From NCBI RefSeq assembly GCF_009834535.1, contig NC_045707.1, forward strand, positions 47,370,001 to 47,434,000: a stretch of DNA of 64,000 nt, written 5' to 3'. Positions 1 through 12,505 of the stretch are shown piece after piece (the stretch's first letter is position 1; each line of letters opens with the position of its first letter). Source of the stretch: Camelus ferus (taxonomy: Eukaryota). Both the position numbers and the translations under genes were made by a program. The notes under the pieces were generated by a model. That model saw only the letters and a list, made by a program, of their open reading frames with translations, ran no database searches and had not been told where the DNA came from.

Positions 1-1556
1 ATATAAAAAAATTGAAGAAGTAGAAAAAACTTTTTTTGTGTGATGAGAATTCTTAGGATTTACTCTCAACAACTTTTGTATATAACATACAGCGGTGTTA
101 ATTATATTTATCATGTTATGCATTACATCCCTGGTACATATTTATCTTATAACTGGAAGTTTGTAAACTTTTGACTGCCTTCATCCAATTCCCCCTCCCC
201 ACCCCCCACCTCTGGTAACCATAAATCTGATCTCTTTTTCTATGAAGTTTGTTTGTTTTTGAAGTATAATTGACATACAGCACTTTGTTCCTGTTACACA
301 ACATAGTGATTTGGTATTTCTATACATCATCAAAATTATCACCATAAGTCCAGTTATGATATGTCACCATACAAAGATATTACATTGCTTTTGACTATTT
401 TCTCTACACTATACATTTCATACCCATGAATCATTTATTTTACAACTGGAAATTTGTACCTCTTACTGTCCTCCACCTATTTCTCACCTCTCCCCAACCC
501 CTTCCCTCTGACAACCACCTGTTTGTTCTGCGTATCTATAACTCTGGTTTTGTTTTGCTATGTTTGTTAATTTATTTGTTTTTTAGATTCCACATATAAT
601 TCAGTATTTGCCTTTCTCTGTCTGACTTACTTCACTTAGCATAACACCCTCTGGGTCCATCCATATTGTTGCAAATGGCAAGATTTCATTCTTTTTTCTG
701 GCCGTGTAATATTCCATCTCCATCCATTCATCTATTAATGGGCACTGAGGTTGCTTTCATATCTTAGCTATTGTGAATAATGCTGCAATGAACATACGAG
801 TGCATATCACTTTTCAAACTAGTATTTTTGTTTTCTCTGGATCAATACCCAGGAGTGGAATTTCCTGATCATATGGTAATTCTAATTTTAACTTTTTGAG
901 GAATCTCCATACTGTTTTCCCTAGTGGCTGCACCAATTTACAATCCCATCAACAGTGGACAAGGGTTCCCTTTTCTCTGCATCCTCACCAGCACTTGTTA
1001 TTTGTTGTATTTTTGATATTAGCCATTCTGACAGGTGTGAGGTGGTATCTCATTGTGGTTTTGATTTGCATTTCCCTGATGATTAGTGATGATGAACATC
1101 TTTTCATGTGCCTGTTGTCCATCTGTATGTATTCTTTGGAAAAATATCTATTCAGATCCACAGCCCATTTTTTAATTGGGTTGTTTGTTATTCTGATGTT
1201 GAGTTATATGAGTTCTTTGTATATTTTGGGTACTAACCTCTTAGATACATTGTATGCAAATATCTTCCCTCATTCAGTAGGTAGCCTTTTCATTTTGCTG
1301 ATAGTTTCCTTTGCTGTTCAAAAGGTTTTTAGTTTGAGGTGATCCCATTTGTTTATTTTTGCTTTTGTTCCCTTTGCCTGAGGAAACGTATCAAAAAAAA
1401 AAAAAAAAATACCAAGACCAGTGTCAAAGAGAGCACTGCCTATGTTCTCTTTTAGAAGTTTCATGGTTTCCAGTCTTACATTTATCTCCAATCTATTTTG
1501 ATTTATTTTTGTGCATGGTATGAGAGAGTCGTCCAGACTGACTCCTTTGCATGTAG
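1..1556 (-). mobile_element. L1 (LINE-1) 3' fragment: ORF2 C-terminal remnant plus 3' UTR
   Basis: The minus-strand ORF 1318-1563 reads as L1 ORF2 ([38 protein letters not shown]). The plus ORF 896-1342 is the typical antisense L1 read-through. Confidence 0.92.
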
Positions 1557-2015
1557 CTGACATGTGACCTAAGCCCTGTCAATCAGAGTGCTTTGTTGCC
1601 GTGCTTTGGGGAACAGCAGGAAACCTAGAAAGGCCCATCAGATTCTTCCTTGAGATTTGATATTTAGATGCTTAGACAGAGAGCAGCGCTCTCTCAGTCT
1701 TGGGATCACAAGCTGTAAAGATGATTTAGATGGGAGTTGTTTTCTGTTACCTTTTCTGGATGCATAAGGAAAATCATCTACAATTAGAGAGAATGAGTTC
1801 AACATTCAAAGAGAATAAGAAGTGAAGAGAGATGAGAGATGGGTAGAGAGGGACAGGGTCCTAAGGAGATAAACTGGGCCCTGAATCCAGCTGTGCCTGA
1901 AGCAGAAGCCATCCCTGCTTTTTAAGGAACCAATAAGTTCTCTCTTATTTAAGTCAGTTTCCAGCCTATTTCAGTTGGGATTCTGTCATTTGCCATCTAA
2001 GGGAATCAGACTAAC
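1557..2015 (+). mobile_element. Old MaLR (MLT1J/K/L-like) solo LTR remnant
   Basis: Contains 'catgtgacctaagccctgtcaatcaga' and a 3' end 'gttgggattctgtcatttgc...ctaac', both typical of MLT1 LTRs. Confidence 0.6.
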
Positions 2016-2289
2016 TTGTTTATTTATTGCTTCACAGTAGTATATATCTATTGCCTCCATCCATACCTAGCTTGAAATTTAGAGTTTGGACTGATAATAC
2101 TTGCTCAAGTCTGGCCTCCATTGCTCTTCCCAAGGACACACTGACCACCTGAGTGAAGATATCTGGTGATACCAGATCTGTGAGATCTGTGTCTTTGCCT
2201 TTGCTGTCTTTGACATTTCCTTGTTCTTTAGAGCTTACGCGTCCCTTCTTGCCCTTGGTCTTTAACTGTGGATGAAATCCTCAGCTCTT

Positions 2290-2520
2290 TCCACTTTGAC
2301 TCCTCCTTTTGACCAATGAGTTTCAAACATAAACGCAAATCCTGACCTTTCTCCTGAAACCAGATACCTGTTTTTAATTTCTATTTGTAGGTTCAATGAT
2401 CAGCTCACACTCAACAAGTCTCAGACAGAACTCATCAGTCTCCTGGTACTGTTGATGGCACCACCATTGCACCAATCATCTGCTTATGGCAATCCCAAAA
2501 TTATCTGGGCTGTTCCTTCC
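2290..2520 (+). mobile_element. L2 fragment
   Basis: 'ctcacactcaacaagtctcagacagaactcatc...atggcaccaccattgcacca' resembles the L2 consensus. Confidence 0.55.
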
Positions 2521-2999
2521 CTCATGCTCATGTGCACTAAGTCAACGAGACATCCTTATGATGTCTGCATGTGCCAGGAGCTGTGTGAGGTACTGCAGGG
2601 AGAAGAAAGTTCAGGCATGGTCCCTGACCCGAAGTGTTTGCATTATAGTAGAGGAGCAATCCAAGGCAGGAAGTGCCAAGTGCCCAAACAGTGGCAGCCA
2701 AGAAAGGACAAAGGGAGCCTGATAGTATACAGCATTCATGTCTGCTACTGGGGGTCAGGGAAACCATGGAAGAATTTCCATAGCCCATGAAGGGAGAAGG
2801 ACATTATGAGAAAAGGGAAACAGGAGAGCAATTGATTGAAGTGCTTCTGGAATGATGACTTGTGTTTGCTGGTACATGGGGGTGGCTGGGGAAAGCACTG
2901 GGAAACCATGGTTGAGGTCAACACTGTGGATGGGGCACACAAAAACCCGTCACAGTCCCCTTCTGTCTTGTCTTCTCATATTATGGACGTGGAAAGCTG

Positions 3000-3415
3000 A
3001 AACACCAGCTTCCCTTGGATTATGCATGACCAACTACTGGCCAAAGAGCATAAAGAGAGTATAACCTGGTGTGAATCATGGGAAGGTGTTTAAAAAGTAG
3101 CCAGGCTGTGCTGGCATGTTCGTCTTGTTCTTCCTCTCCCTACTTCTTCCTACTTCAGAGCACACATCGTCACTTGTGGGTACAGCAGCCATCCTGGCAC
3201 CATGAAACCCTCCAAGAATGAGGATATGTTTGTAGGATGGCAGAGGAGAGACAGAAAGATCCTGCTTCCTTGATGACATCATCTGGCTACTGTGAAGCTC
3301 TGGATTGTTTTCCCCCACATGCCTTATACATGAAAAAAAAAGAATCCCTACTTGAGTAAAATCACTGTTAGTTAGATATTCTTTTGCTCACAGATGAATA
3401 AAATGCTAACCTATA
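3000..3415 (+). mobile_element. Old MaLR (MLT1-like) LTR remnant
   Basis: 'gcagccatcctggcaccatga', 'gcttccttgatgacatc' and an MLT-type 3' end. Confidence 0.5.
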
Positions 3416-3799
3416 AGCCATATGTTAGAAATACTGCATGCCATTCTAGAGAAATCGAAGTTTATTCTATAAGCAAGGAAGAGGCAGAAAGCTCTTTACG
3501 TAGAAGTTAGGGGGACACCGTTATCAGAAACCCTTCTCCTTCTGCCATTTACTTGTCCGTATCCTTCAGAGCTCAGTTCAGTCTCCCCCTATTCATGGAA
3601 GCTTGTCTCTCATCTTAGCCACATTTATCCTCATTCCCTGTTGGGCAATTATCAAGTGGAGCTTAGTGACATGTATTGTTACTGATTCTTTGCAGGTGTA
3701 TGTTATGCATCCCCAGTAAGACTGTTAAGTGCCTTACAGGTAATGGCCATGTTTTATCCTTTCTCTCACAAGTGCTCAGGCTGGTGAGAATCACACAGT

Positions 3800-3985
3800 G
3801 TTTCGGTGCTCAGGCAAGGGAGGGTTTGAATTCTGACTCCATCATGGAGATCTTAGGCAAAATTTTTAGCCTCCCTAGGCCTCAGTTTCCTCCTCTAGGG
3901 CACAAAGATTGATAGTAGAACTTGACTCAGAGGGCTATTGTGAGGCTCAAATAAAACATTTTTATGAATTCCTTAGCATCATCTT
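3800..3985 (+). mobile_element. MIR SINE
   Basis: MIR core 'gggtttgaattctgactcc...cctcagtttcctc...gctattgtgagg'. Confidence 0.7.
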
Positions 3986-4000
3986 AGTCATCATTGCATG

Positions 4001-4482
4001 TGTAGTAGATGGATTGCGTTAATGACCTCCCTGTACCCACATGCCTTCTAGTGTGACTTTGCAGCTCTTGCCATCAAGAGGTGAACTCCATTTCTCCATC
4101 CCTGAGTCTTGGCTGGCCCTGTGACATTCTTTGGTCAATAGAATGTGGCAGAAGTGAGGCTGTGCTAGCTCTCAGTCTAGGCCTCAAGAGGCCTGGCACG
4201 TTTCCACTCTCCTTCTTGGGGCCCCTGAATTTACCATAAGAACAAGCCCAGGAGAGTTGCTGGAGGCTGGGAGACCTCATGGAGGAAAGATGAGTCTTCC
4301 CAGAGGAAGCCCTCCTAGACCAGCCAGTCTGCCTGTTAGCTATAGACACATGAGAGAGTCCAGCCAGGAGCAGGAAACCCACTCAGGAGACCTGCACACT
4401 TATGAGCAATAATAAATGCTAATTGTTCCAAGCCAGTAAGTTTTGAGGAGATTTTTTTATATAGCAGTAGTCAACTGATACA
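4001..4482 (+). mobile_element. MaLR solo LTR (MLT1F/G/H-like)
   Basis: TG...CA ends, 'ttggtcaatagaatgtggcagaagtga', AATAAA, terminal 'tagcagtagtcaactgataca'. Confidence 0.8.
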
Positions 4483-4875
4483 AGTTACCCAAGAGAGAGG
4501 AGAGACTTTGTTTCATTCACCGCTGTATCCCCAATGCCTAGAAGAGCGCATTATCAGGTGCTCAATATATGTGTTGAATAAATTCCTGAATGTAATTATG
4601 ATTATTATTATCATCTTAAAGGCTCATAGTGACAAGTAAATGAGACAATGCAGGGAAAACATTTAGCATTGTTTCTGGCACACGGTGACTTCTCAGTAAA
4701 GGTTAGCTATTAATGGGGTGATCAACAATGACTAATCAGTTGATTAACACATTTTTAATTAATATAACAACAGCTGATGAGTAATGCTGTCCTAAGCCCA
4801 GTAAATGAAGCAATCCTCTGTCTTTCAGAAAACGTAACACTAACCACAACTGGGCCTTTAGCCTGTAACTTTAAA

Positions 4876-4922
4876 TAGATAGAGAGATGATAGATAAATA
4901 GATGGTACACAGATAGATAGGT
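4876..4922 (+). repeat. Degenerate (GATA)n microsatellite
   Basis: Interrupted tagatagata repeats. Confidence 0.6.
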
Positions 4923-5898
4923 AATAAAGGAACTTCCCCAGGAAACCTGCAAAACAAAATTCCAGAGGAGCTGTGCTTAGGACCTTGGAGCTTGGAGCTA
5001 AGGTATTGTCCTCTTACCAACCACCGTTTTTTAGCGTTTTCCTCTCCTTTGCTACTTTTCCAGCATGAGGCCACTGTGTGTTGAGTTCCCAGCTCCTCTC
5101 AGTATGCTGCTTCTTCCCCACTAGGTGCTGCGGAGCTCCCTCCTGGGTGGTGACCATGGGGGTAGGTGGAGGGGGTGGGAGTAGGACATGGGGCATGAAG
5201 CCTGGGGTAACTCCTCTGTAACTGCGCTACAGGGTGGGTCTTGCTTGCTAGCTCTACTTTGCTATTGTGAAAAGAGGCCTTTTCTTCCTCACCAAGCAGA
5301 AGGTTCACACTTTGTAATCTCTCAGTGATCCTGTTGTTCCCAAATTACACTTGGCCGCTAGAAGGATGAACACATTGTACCCTCTCCATGGGACTCATTA
5401 CTTACATTCTGGAGACTGTCATTTATGAAATTCTGACTTTCTTTCATTTTGTATTTACATGAGGCAAAGCTAAGAATATTGTAATTGTCTGTGATGTTTT
5501 GAAAACACTTGTCACAATCCGAAGCCAAATGCTGATTAATGTTAAGTGTTTTGAAGAACCAAGCTTTTGGCTCATTAACTAGACTTGAGTGGCATTACCC
5601 ATCAGCTTCAAGTTCTAATAATTGCTCATCACAGATTGGTGCTAATTTATTAATAATGGTGCTGACAGATTTGTATGTTTTCCCCACATTGAATATTATG
5701 TATATATAAAGGCTAGTGTGAATGCCAAACCCGGAGTTAGAAGACCTGGTCCCAGATTTGCCACAACGTGACCAGGAGCGAATCAGCTGACCTCTCTCTG
5801 TCCCCATTTCCTCATGTAAAATAAGGGGCTTAGATGTGATGATCTTCAATATACTTCTTACCATGATTCAGTGGTTATCAATTTTATGTAGTTTGGTC

Positions 5899-6140
5899 TT
5901 TTTTTTTTTTTTAATTGAAGTACAGTCAGTTACAATGTGTCAATTTCTGGTGTACAGTACATTGTCCTAGTTATGCATATACATACATATATTCATTATA
6001 TTCTTTTTCATTTGCATATTCTTTTTCATTAAAGGTTATTACAAGATATTGAATATAGTTGCCTGTGCTATACAGAAGAAACTTATTTATTTTTTAAATC
6101 TATTTTTGTATATAATGGCTAACATTTGCAAATCTCAAAT
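5899..6140 (-). mobile_element. 5'-truncated L1 3' UTR with poly(T) and a degenerate TSD
   Basis: Poly(T) at 5899-5912. Flanks are ttatgtagtttggtc (5884-5898) and ttatgtagcttgatc (6149-6163). Highly similar to 48841-49157. Confidence 0.85.
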
Positions 6141-9100
6141 TAGCGATGTTATGTAGCTTGATCATGAGTCGCACAATAAGCACAGATTCATTTTAGGAAA
6201 GGCACAACGTGGGGCTAACTGGTGTACATGGAATACGGGCAAAGATGTCAGTTTATTTCCTTTCCTCTCTGCATCTTTTCTATATTAAGAGGGAAAGAAA
6301 TGTTCCCTGTTGGGCTTCCAGGATAAGCCCTTAATCAAATGTTACATACCATCTGTTTGAGACAGTATTTGGTAAGTCAAATTTAAGTAGCTGTAATCAC
6401 CGCGGAATCTGAAATGGTTTCCTGTTATCCTGCCTATTTTCTGAAGCAGAGGGAGGTAGTCTAGTTGCTTAAGCCAGTACAAAGCAGTAATATTCCAAGG
6501 AAGAAAGACACTTATTTTGAGGCTCGTAATTTGGAGCTGCCTATTGAGTCTGCCTTTCATTTTTCTCCCTATTCTCCCATTTATTTACACTGCTTCTCTA
6601 CCCCGCTTCTTTATCAAAAATCAACCCCCTCCTTGTGGCTCACTGTCTTCCTCTCTATTCCCATTCCTTGGCATAATCCTTGGAGATTTCAACATACTTG
6701 AAATTCTTACCCTGGCATTAAAAGATGTTACTGATTGGGTCAAGATCACATTTTTTTGATTCATGCCAGAGGATGATAGATTGTTGTGAGGATTAATTCA
6801 GACAATATATACAGAGTGCAGATCCCTGAAGTGCTCCCCAACAGGTGTTAGAATCACAAAAATACAGCGCTTTGTCACGCTGCCTGTCCTGCTCTCTGTA
6901 ACTCTCCACTGTAGTAATTTATTTCTCTAGTTTGAAGACTAGGAAGGTGGCTTCTGAAGTTGCCTCAGTTTTCCTTCCATCAATAGACGTGTTTTCTTAA
7001 AGACCCTCTGTCTCTTCTACTAGCTGGATAGCGTGTAACACACCACCCTTTTACTATTTGAAAAGCAGGGGTTATCCTCTGGAGCTCTGGCTATTTCCTG
7101 CTGGCTGGGGAGCAACAGCCAAGTAAATGGTGGAGATCATCTTGAGTTCACCACTGGTCAAAATCCATGGGGTTGGGTTACCTGGGCATGGGTGTCCCCA
7201 TAAATCTAACGCCTTCCTAGATATTAAGTGTCATGTAAACAGCTCCACCACTGCTGCGCCATGAGTGTCTATTGTCATCCATCAGAAGACAATGCCATGG
7301 GCTGTTTACTTGATGTGGAGACAAGACACCACCTCTTCCCAGAGTTTTTCAAGTTCTTAAGTTCTGATCCTGGTCAGCAGTGGTGCTGTAGTGTCTGGAA
7401 CTACCAAAGAACATTGATGGGAGAATGTGGGATTGTTGGTGATATGACCTCATAGGACTCACCTAGCATATCTGGGTGCAGAAGGGATGGGTAAAGATTG
7501 GGGATCTGGAGGTACAGGTTGCCTTTCCATGGTCAGAGAAAGATCCTTGGGCTGATGGAACCTGATGATCTGGTCTCTGTACCATGTTCTGCCATGTGTA
7601 TGGGGAGAACTACACTCAATGCTAGGGCCTGCACCTCCCAAAGGCTCTGTCAACTTTCTTTTAAAACCAACTCAAAATGATGAATGCTAGGCAGACATTG
7701 TTACCTCCACTCCAAAGATGAGAACACTGAAGTCAAGGATCTGGTCCAAGGTCACCGGGCAAGATCTTACTGAAGGCAGAAATAGAATCTGAGTCTCAAT
7801 TTCTGATCCAGGTCTCATTTTTTATCCCACTGTGCAATGGCCAGGGTGACATGATGAGGCATTTAAACCTGAGAGCCAAGTTCTGGGTTCAGGTTGCATC
7901 TTTCTGTTCTTTAACTTGCAGATGGGTCAGGGCAGCTCTATGCTCTGACCTTAGGCTGGAGAGTGTTACCACAGTTCCTGGTCCTGATGTCCAATGGGGG
8001 AGGGTGGGACTTAGCACCAACATTTAGATCATAGTTGATTCAAAAAATTGCTCCAAACTCTGAGAGCAGGGAGTTTGAAGCTTTTAATCCTATCAAGCAG
8101 AACTGGTTTTTAGTGCATGATTTGCAATAATGAAGCTGATTCAGACAACCATCACCTGTCATAGGTCCTTGCTGGGGAGGCACCAAGAGGCCAGGACCCA
8201 GATTTTGAGAACAGAGTACCCTAGATTCAAATCTCGACTGTGATCTTGGACAAGTCTCTTAACCTCTCTGTAGTTCAATTTCCTGGTCTGTAAAATGGGT
8301 AAAAAGAACCCTTTAGGATGATATCATCTTTGCAATGTCTCTGTCACTTGAGAGAGTTTCAGGAAATAGTGGTTTCTTCACTCCTCCTCACCCCACACAC
8401 TCATTGAATATAGTAGCCTTATTTTGAACCTCACATTAAAAGAATAAATATTATGCCTGGGTAAGCTTAGTGACTCAAGAATTAGCAAAAATGAGGTCTT
8501 TAGGGTCAGCTATGCCACATGCCAAGAATAGATTTCCTGTTAATGAGCTTTAAATATATTAATGAGAGAATGTTTGTGTTCCTTGGATGGAAGTACAATA
8601 CAATATTTTGTGCCACTGGTATCCATGTGGAAGTACTGAGATAAATGGGTCCTAGTAAGTTGTGCATTGTGAGTGAATTGAACCCTTTTTCTTCTTAAGT
8701 TACCAGGGTATTTGATCCTAAAGGGGAAAAACATGCAAATATATGCCATATTCTGCAACTGTAATTATTGATGACTTAAATTGAAGCACAGCCTTTTACT
8801 TAGGAGTTTTATAATCAAGAATTAAGAAATTTAAAAATAATAAACCAAAGGATAAACTTTTACCTTTAAATGTAATTGATTTGAAATGACTTCAGTACTT
8901 TAAAAAATTGAGGAGAGAATTACATTCTCCTGTAATTTACTCTTCTTTCCCTCCCCAAATGAAAAACAGGTCTGTTTGTCTTACCTGTTTTATGGCCCAC
9001 AATATACATTTAATTAAAATCCCTCTATTTGTAACACACTTAGAATGGCAGTGGGCAAGTGGGCAGATGCAAAGCACTGTGGCATAATCCTGCCCTCAAA

Positions 9101-9419
9101 GAGCTGACACTCTGGTCAGTCCGTTGGGTAATAGCCCAAATAAAGCTGGCCAGAGCAACTGTGGGAAAGCAGGCTTTTCTCTTTCTGTATCCATCTCTCG
9201 GTCTCCCTCTCTCCCTCTCTGTAAAATAGGACATATGAATGAATGGAGAAGGCAGCTAATTCACCCCCAAATTGAATTCTGGATTACTGAAAATAACTAG
9301 GCTTTTCTCCCAAAAGTCTGAAAAGAAACAAAAATGTCAATTATTATTTTAAAGTTGTATCTAATATACAACTAATGAAAAAATAGCTAAAATTCTAAAT
9401 AATCATCACACATACATTT

Positions 9420-9475
9420 CAAGTTGTAAATAGTAGATTTCCATTTACAAGTTGTAAATAGCAGATTTCCATTTC
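9420..9475. repeat. 28-bp tandem duplication (2 copies)
   Basis: caagttgtaaatagtagatttccattta / caagttgtaaatagcagatttccatttc. Confidence 0.9.
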
Positions 9476-9907
9476 CCTGCTCTGGGGCTCTAAAGTAGGG
9501 CTGTCCTTCCAGACTATGACATTCCAAGTTCTCATTTGTATACAAGCAGGTACAATGAATGCCCTTCTAGTTCCAAGGGTGGAAGGTGATAGTGGGCCCA
9601 TCAACTATGTCAATGGATATATTAAACATCATCTGGGCATAGGCAAGTAACTGGCACTCCTTCCAGCCATACTACCCAGCTCGTATTCATAAAGAGGAGA
9701 AGAGGGTATTTCCAATGTGCTGTCAATAGAGCATGAACTTTTAGTTGTTTCTCTTTTATTCAATTACTTATTAACTCATTCATTCATTTGGTCATTCAAC
9801 CAAGATGTATATAATACCCACTACGTCCCAAGCCCTGTACTGGGTGCTGAGCTTCAGAGAGGAATGTGGTACCATAGCTGTCCTAGGTGAATTAACCGTA
9901 TAAAGAA

Positions 9908-10085
9908 CAGTCCTTTCCCTGTAGTCCATAGATTCCCAGTGGGCTTTAGGGAATCAAGAAATCCCTTGAAATGCAATCATTGGTCTGAATATATGTATAC
10001 AAATTTGGGGGGCTGGGGGACAAGAATCCATATCTTTCATCAGATCATCAAAGGGATCCAGATCTTAAAAAAAAACAACAGACCT
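9908..10085. mobile_element. hAT-Charlie non-autonomous element (Charlie4z-like)
   Basis: 'tccatatctttcatcagatcatcaaagggatcc' and 'gtgggctttaggg...cccttgaaat' resemble Charlie4z. Confidence 0.6.
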
Positions 10086-10969
10086 AGAAGGGAAGAAAAC
10101 CCAGTTCACCTCCAACAAACAACCATCAGCTCTGTAACTCTGGCCAGAAGCCAAGTGGGAGTTTCCCATGTTCCCTGCTCTGGGGCTCTACCATCAATGA
10201 GTCTTCATCTCTGGGTCTCTCTTCTACATCCTAAGCTACTCTTTCCTATTATCTTCACTATGAATTCCTAATAAGGAACATTTGATTAGCCCCATAAATT
10301 CCCGTCACTTCTGTTCAGGCAGAATCTTCTTGCTAGGATACCTCAAAGGTTTTTGGCTGCCGATTGACTTCCTTTGGGTCAAGCACCAAAACAGCTCTAA
10401 TCAGTTATGCCAGGTTGGGCAGGGGAACTGGGAACAGATTGTGGCCACTGCTCTATAAGTCATTGTCTGGGAATCCTCCTAGGAGAGCTTGTATATGAGG
10501 ACATTTCCTAAGAAGTTAGTGTGACAGTCCCTGCTCTCAAGTATAGATGGATGGATTTAGGGAAGTCCTACATCCATCTATGAAAAGAAAGTATGGTTGG
10601 ACAAGTTGGACCAAGCTATCTATGAACTTGCCAGATCCCTCTTGGGACAGGTTAGTAAGATGACTAGCTGTATTCCATTGTACAGCCATGGACTACAAGA
10701 AAACTAACTGTCCCAAGCATATTTAAAACCCAAAACTTCGGCCTTCTTAGTCTTAGCTCAACCCAGCTCACTGGTAATAGTAACTGTGAAAAGCACAGAC
10801 ACTAGAACAAAGTGTCCTTATTACTGGTCCACCATAAACCCTTACTTGTCCCAAGTTAGGGATCCAAAGACAAATAAGACTTGCCACCTGTCCTGGTAGA
10901 GACGACATAAGAATAGACATTATATTGTTTGATTAAAAAAAAAAAAAAGCTGAATTGAGATGGCAATGG

Positions 10970-11160
10970 GCTGGGGGCCAGAGGGCAGGAATTCTGGTGC
11001 CGACTCTGTCACTTTCCGGTTGCACAAGTGTGGCTCTACTATTTGAATGCTCTGAACCATAGTTTTCTTATTTTAAAATGGGGATAATAAAACTTACTCT
11101 GCTTGGCTCTATGGTTTTCAGAGGAACTAAATAAGATAATATATGTGAAAATGCTTTACT
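10970..11160 (+). mobile_element. MIR SINE
   Basis: 'tctgaaccatagttttcttattttaaaatggggataata...aaataagataatatatgtgaaaatgcttt'. Confidence 0.65.
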
Positions 11161-12279
11161 TTAAATTGCCAAAGCAAAACAAAGCTTTAAGAAATTATTG
11201 CCTTAGTTTTGAGTATTATATTGGCAGAACCAAACCATTCATTACTGGCGCCATTCTCACTCCTGTCATTAAACACATTCTTTGTCCTCTCAAGGTCTTT
11301 GTGAATAAGTTTAAAGAAAATCTGATCATGTTGGAAATGTGTATTTTAGCGATATCCATTTGGTTTCAAAGAACATCTGATAAAGGCTTAAAAAGTTTAA
11401 AAGTACAAACTGAATATTAAAAGCACCTGTTAAAAGTTAATGAAGCAGTGCCCATCAGGAAAGAGAAGCTGTTTGCTGAGGGTGAGACAGTACCCCTGTC
11501 TTTTGCAAGAAGTTTCAAACCTCAGAACTGTGCTAGAAATTTCCAAAGGGACTGTTTGGATTCCAGTCATATTAAATTTTATGGAAGACTTTTCAACCAT
11601 GGTCATCCAAAGTTCCAGAACAATTATGGTTTCAAATGATTTATATATGCTGAGTGAAATATATGAACAAGAGCTCCTTTTCTGATTTTAGTCTGGCAGG
11701 ATGAGGTCTATGAATTGGTCATTCACAGAGCTAAGACGCAAGGGCCTTCTTCTGAGGTCTTTTGATTGTCCACATGTTCTTAGTACTGTCTGGACCGCTG
11801 AGGGCTTAAATTGTTTATGCTCTTGAGTATTACTGAACTTCCTGACTCCAGTACCCGCAGTGGGAGAGTAAGATCCTTCGGGACAGGAACTGTTACGTTC
11901 CTAGATATACTACTAATACTATAATGGCTATCATATTAAGAGAGTATAAGCCTTGGCGAGGCAAAATTCTGAACAAGGGATAGTGATCTGTTTTTGCCCT
12001 GAGTTCCAGAATCTTACTGATAAGTCAGGTATGGTTTGCTGGAACAGGTGTCCATATGTAATAGCACCTGAAATGGTTCCTTAACTTTGGGTTTAATGAA
12101 GCCAGCGGAAGAATCTCTGGAAATGACTGTCTACCCATTGAAGTGATGATCATACACAGTTTACTAATCACGTTTGGAAACAAGGAACTAAAAATACCCT
12201 TAGTGTAGTGGTATTCACCACCAGTTACCCTTTACTAAGGACGGGAAGTCATGATCAACCAGATTTGGGGTTAAGGAAC

Positions 12280-12505
12280 TTAGGCTCCAAAGTCAAGTAC
12301 ACTTGAGCTTGACTTCCAGCTCCACTACTAATTAGCTATGACTTAATTCCTCTAAGCTTATGTGTTGCCATCAGTAAAATGGGGACAATAATAGTACATT
12401 CTTATGAAGGACTGTTGGAAAGATTAAACGAGGTGATATATGCCAAAGTGCTTAGCAGTGTGCTTGGCACAGCAGATGGAAGTAGTGCCGGTAGCTATTA
12501 CTGTT
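12280..12505 (+). mobile_element. MIR SINE
   Basis: 'ccagctccactacta...gtaaaatggggacaataatagtac...aaagtgcttagcagtgtgcttggcacag'. Confidence 0.75.

Noticed and set aside
896..1342. 148-aa hydrophobic ORF
   Set aside because: Antisense read-through of L1 ORF2, a well-known spurious ORF class
7228..7680. Cluster of short ORFs with a minus-strand AG|GTGAGT donor
   Set aside because: No recognisable protein and no convincing acceptor
10804..10818. GRE/ARE-like palindromes (AGAACAaagTGTCCT; also 5367-5381)
   Set aside because: Isolated degenerate sites that could arise by chance in 64 kb; no supporting context
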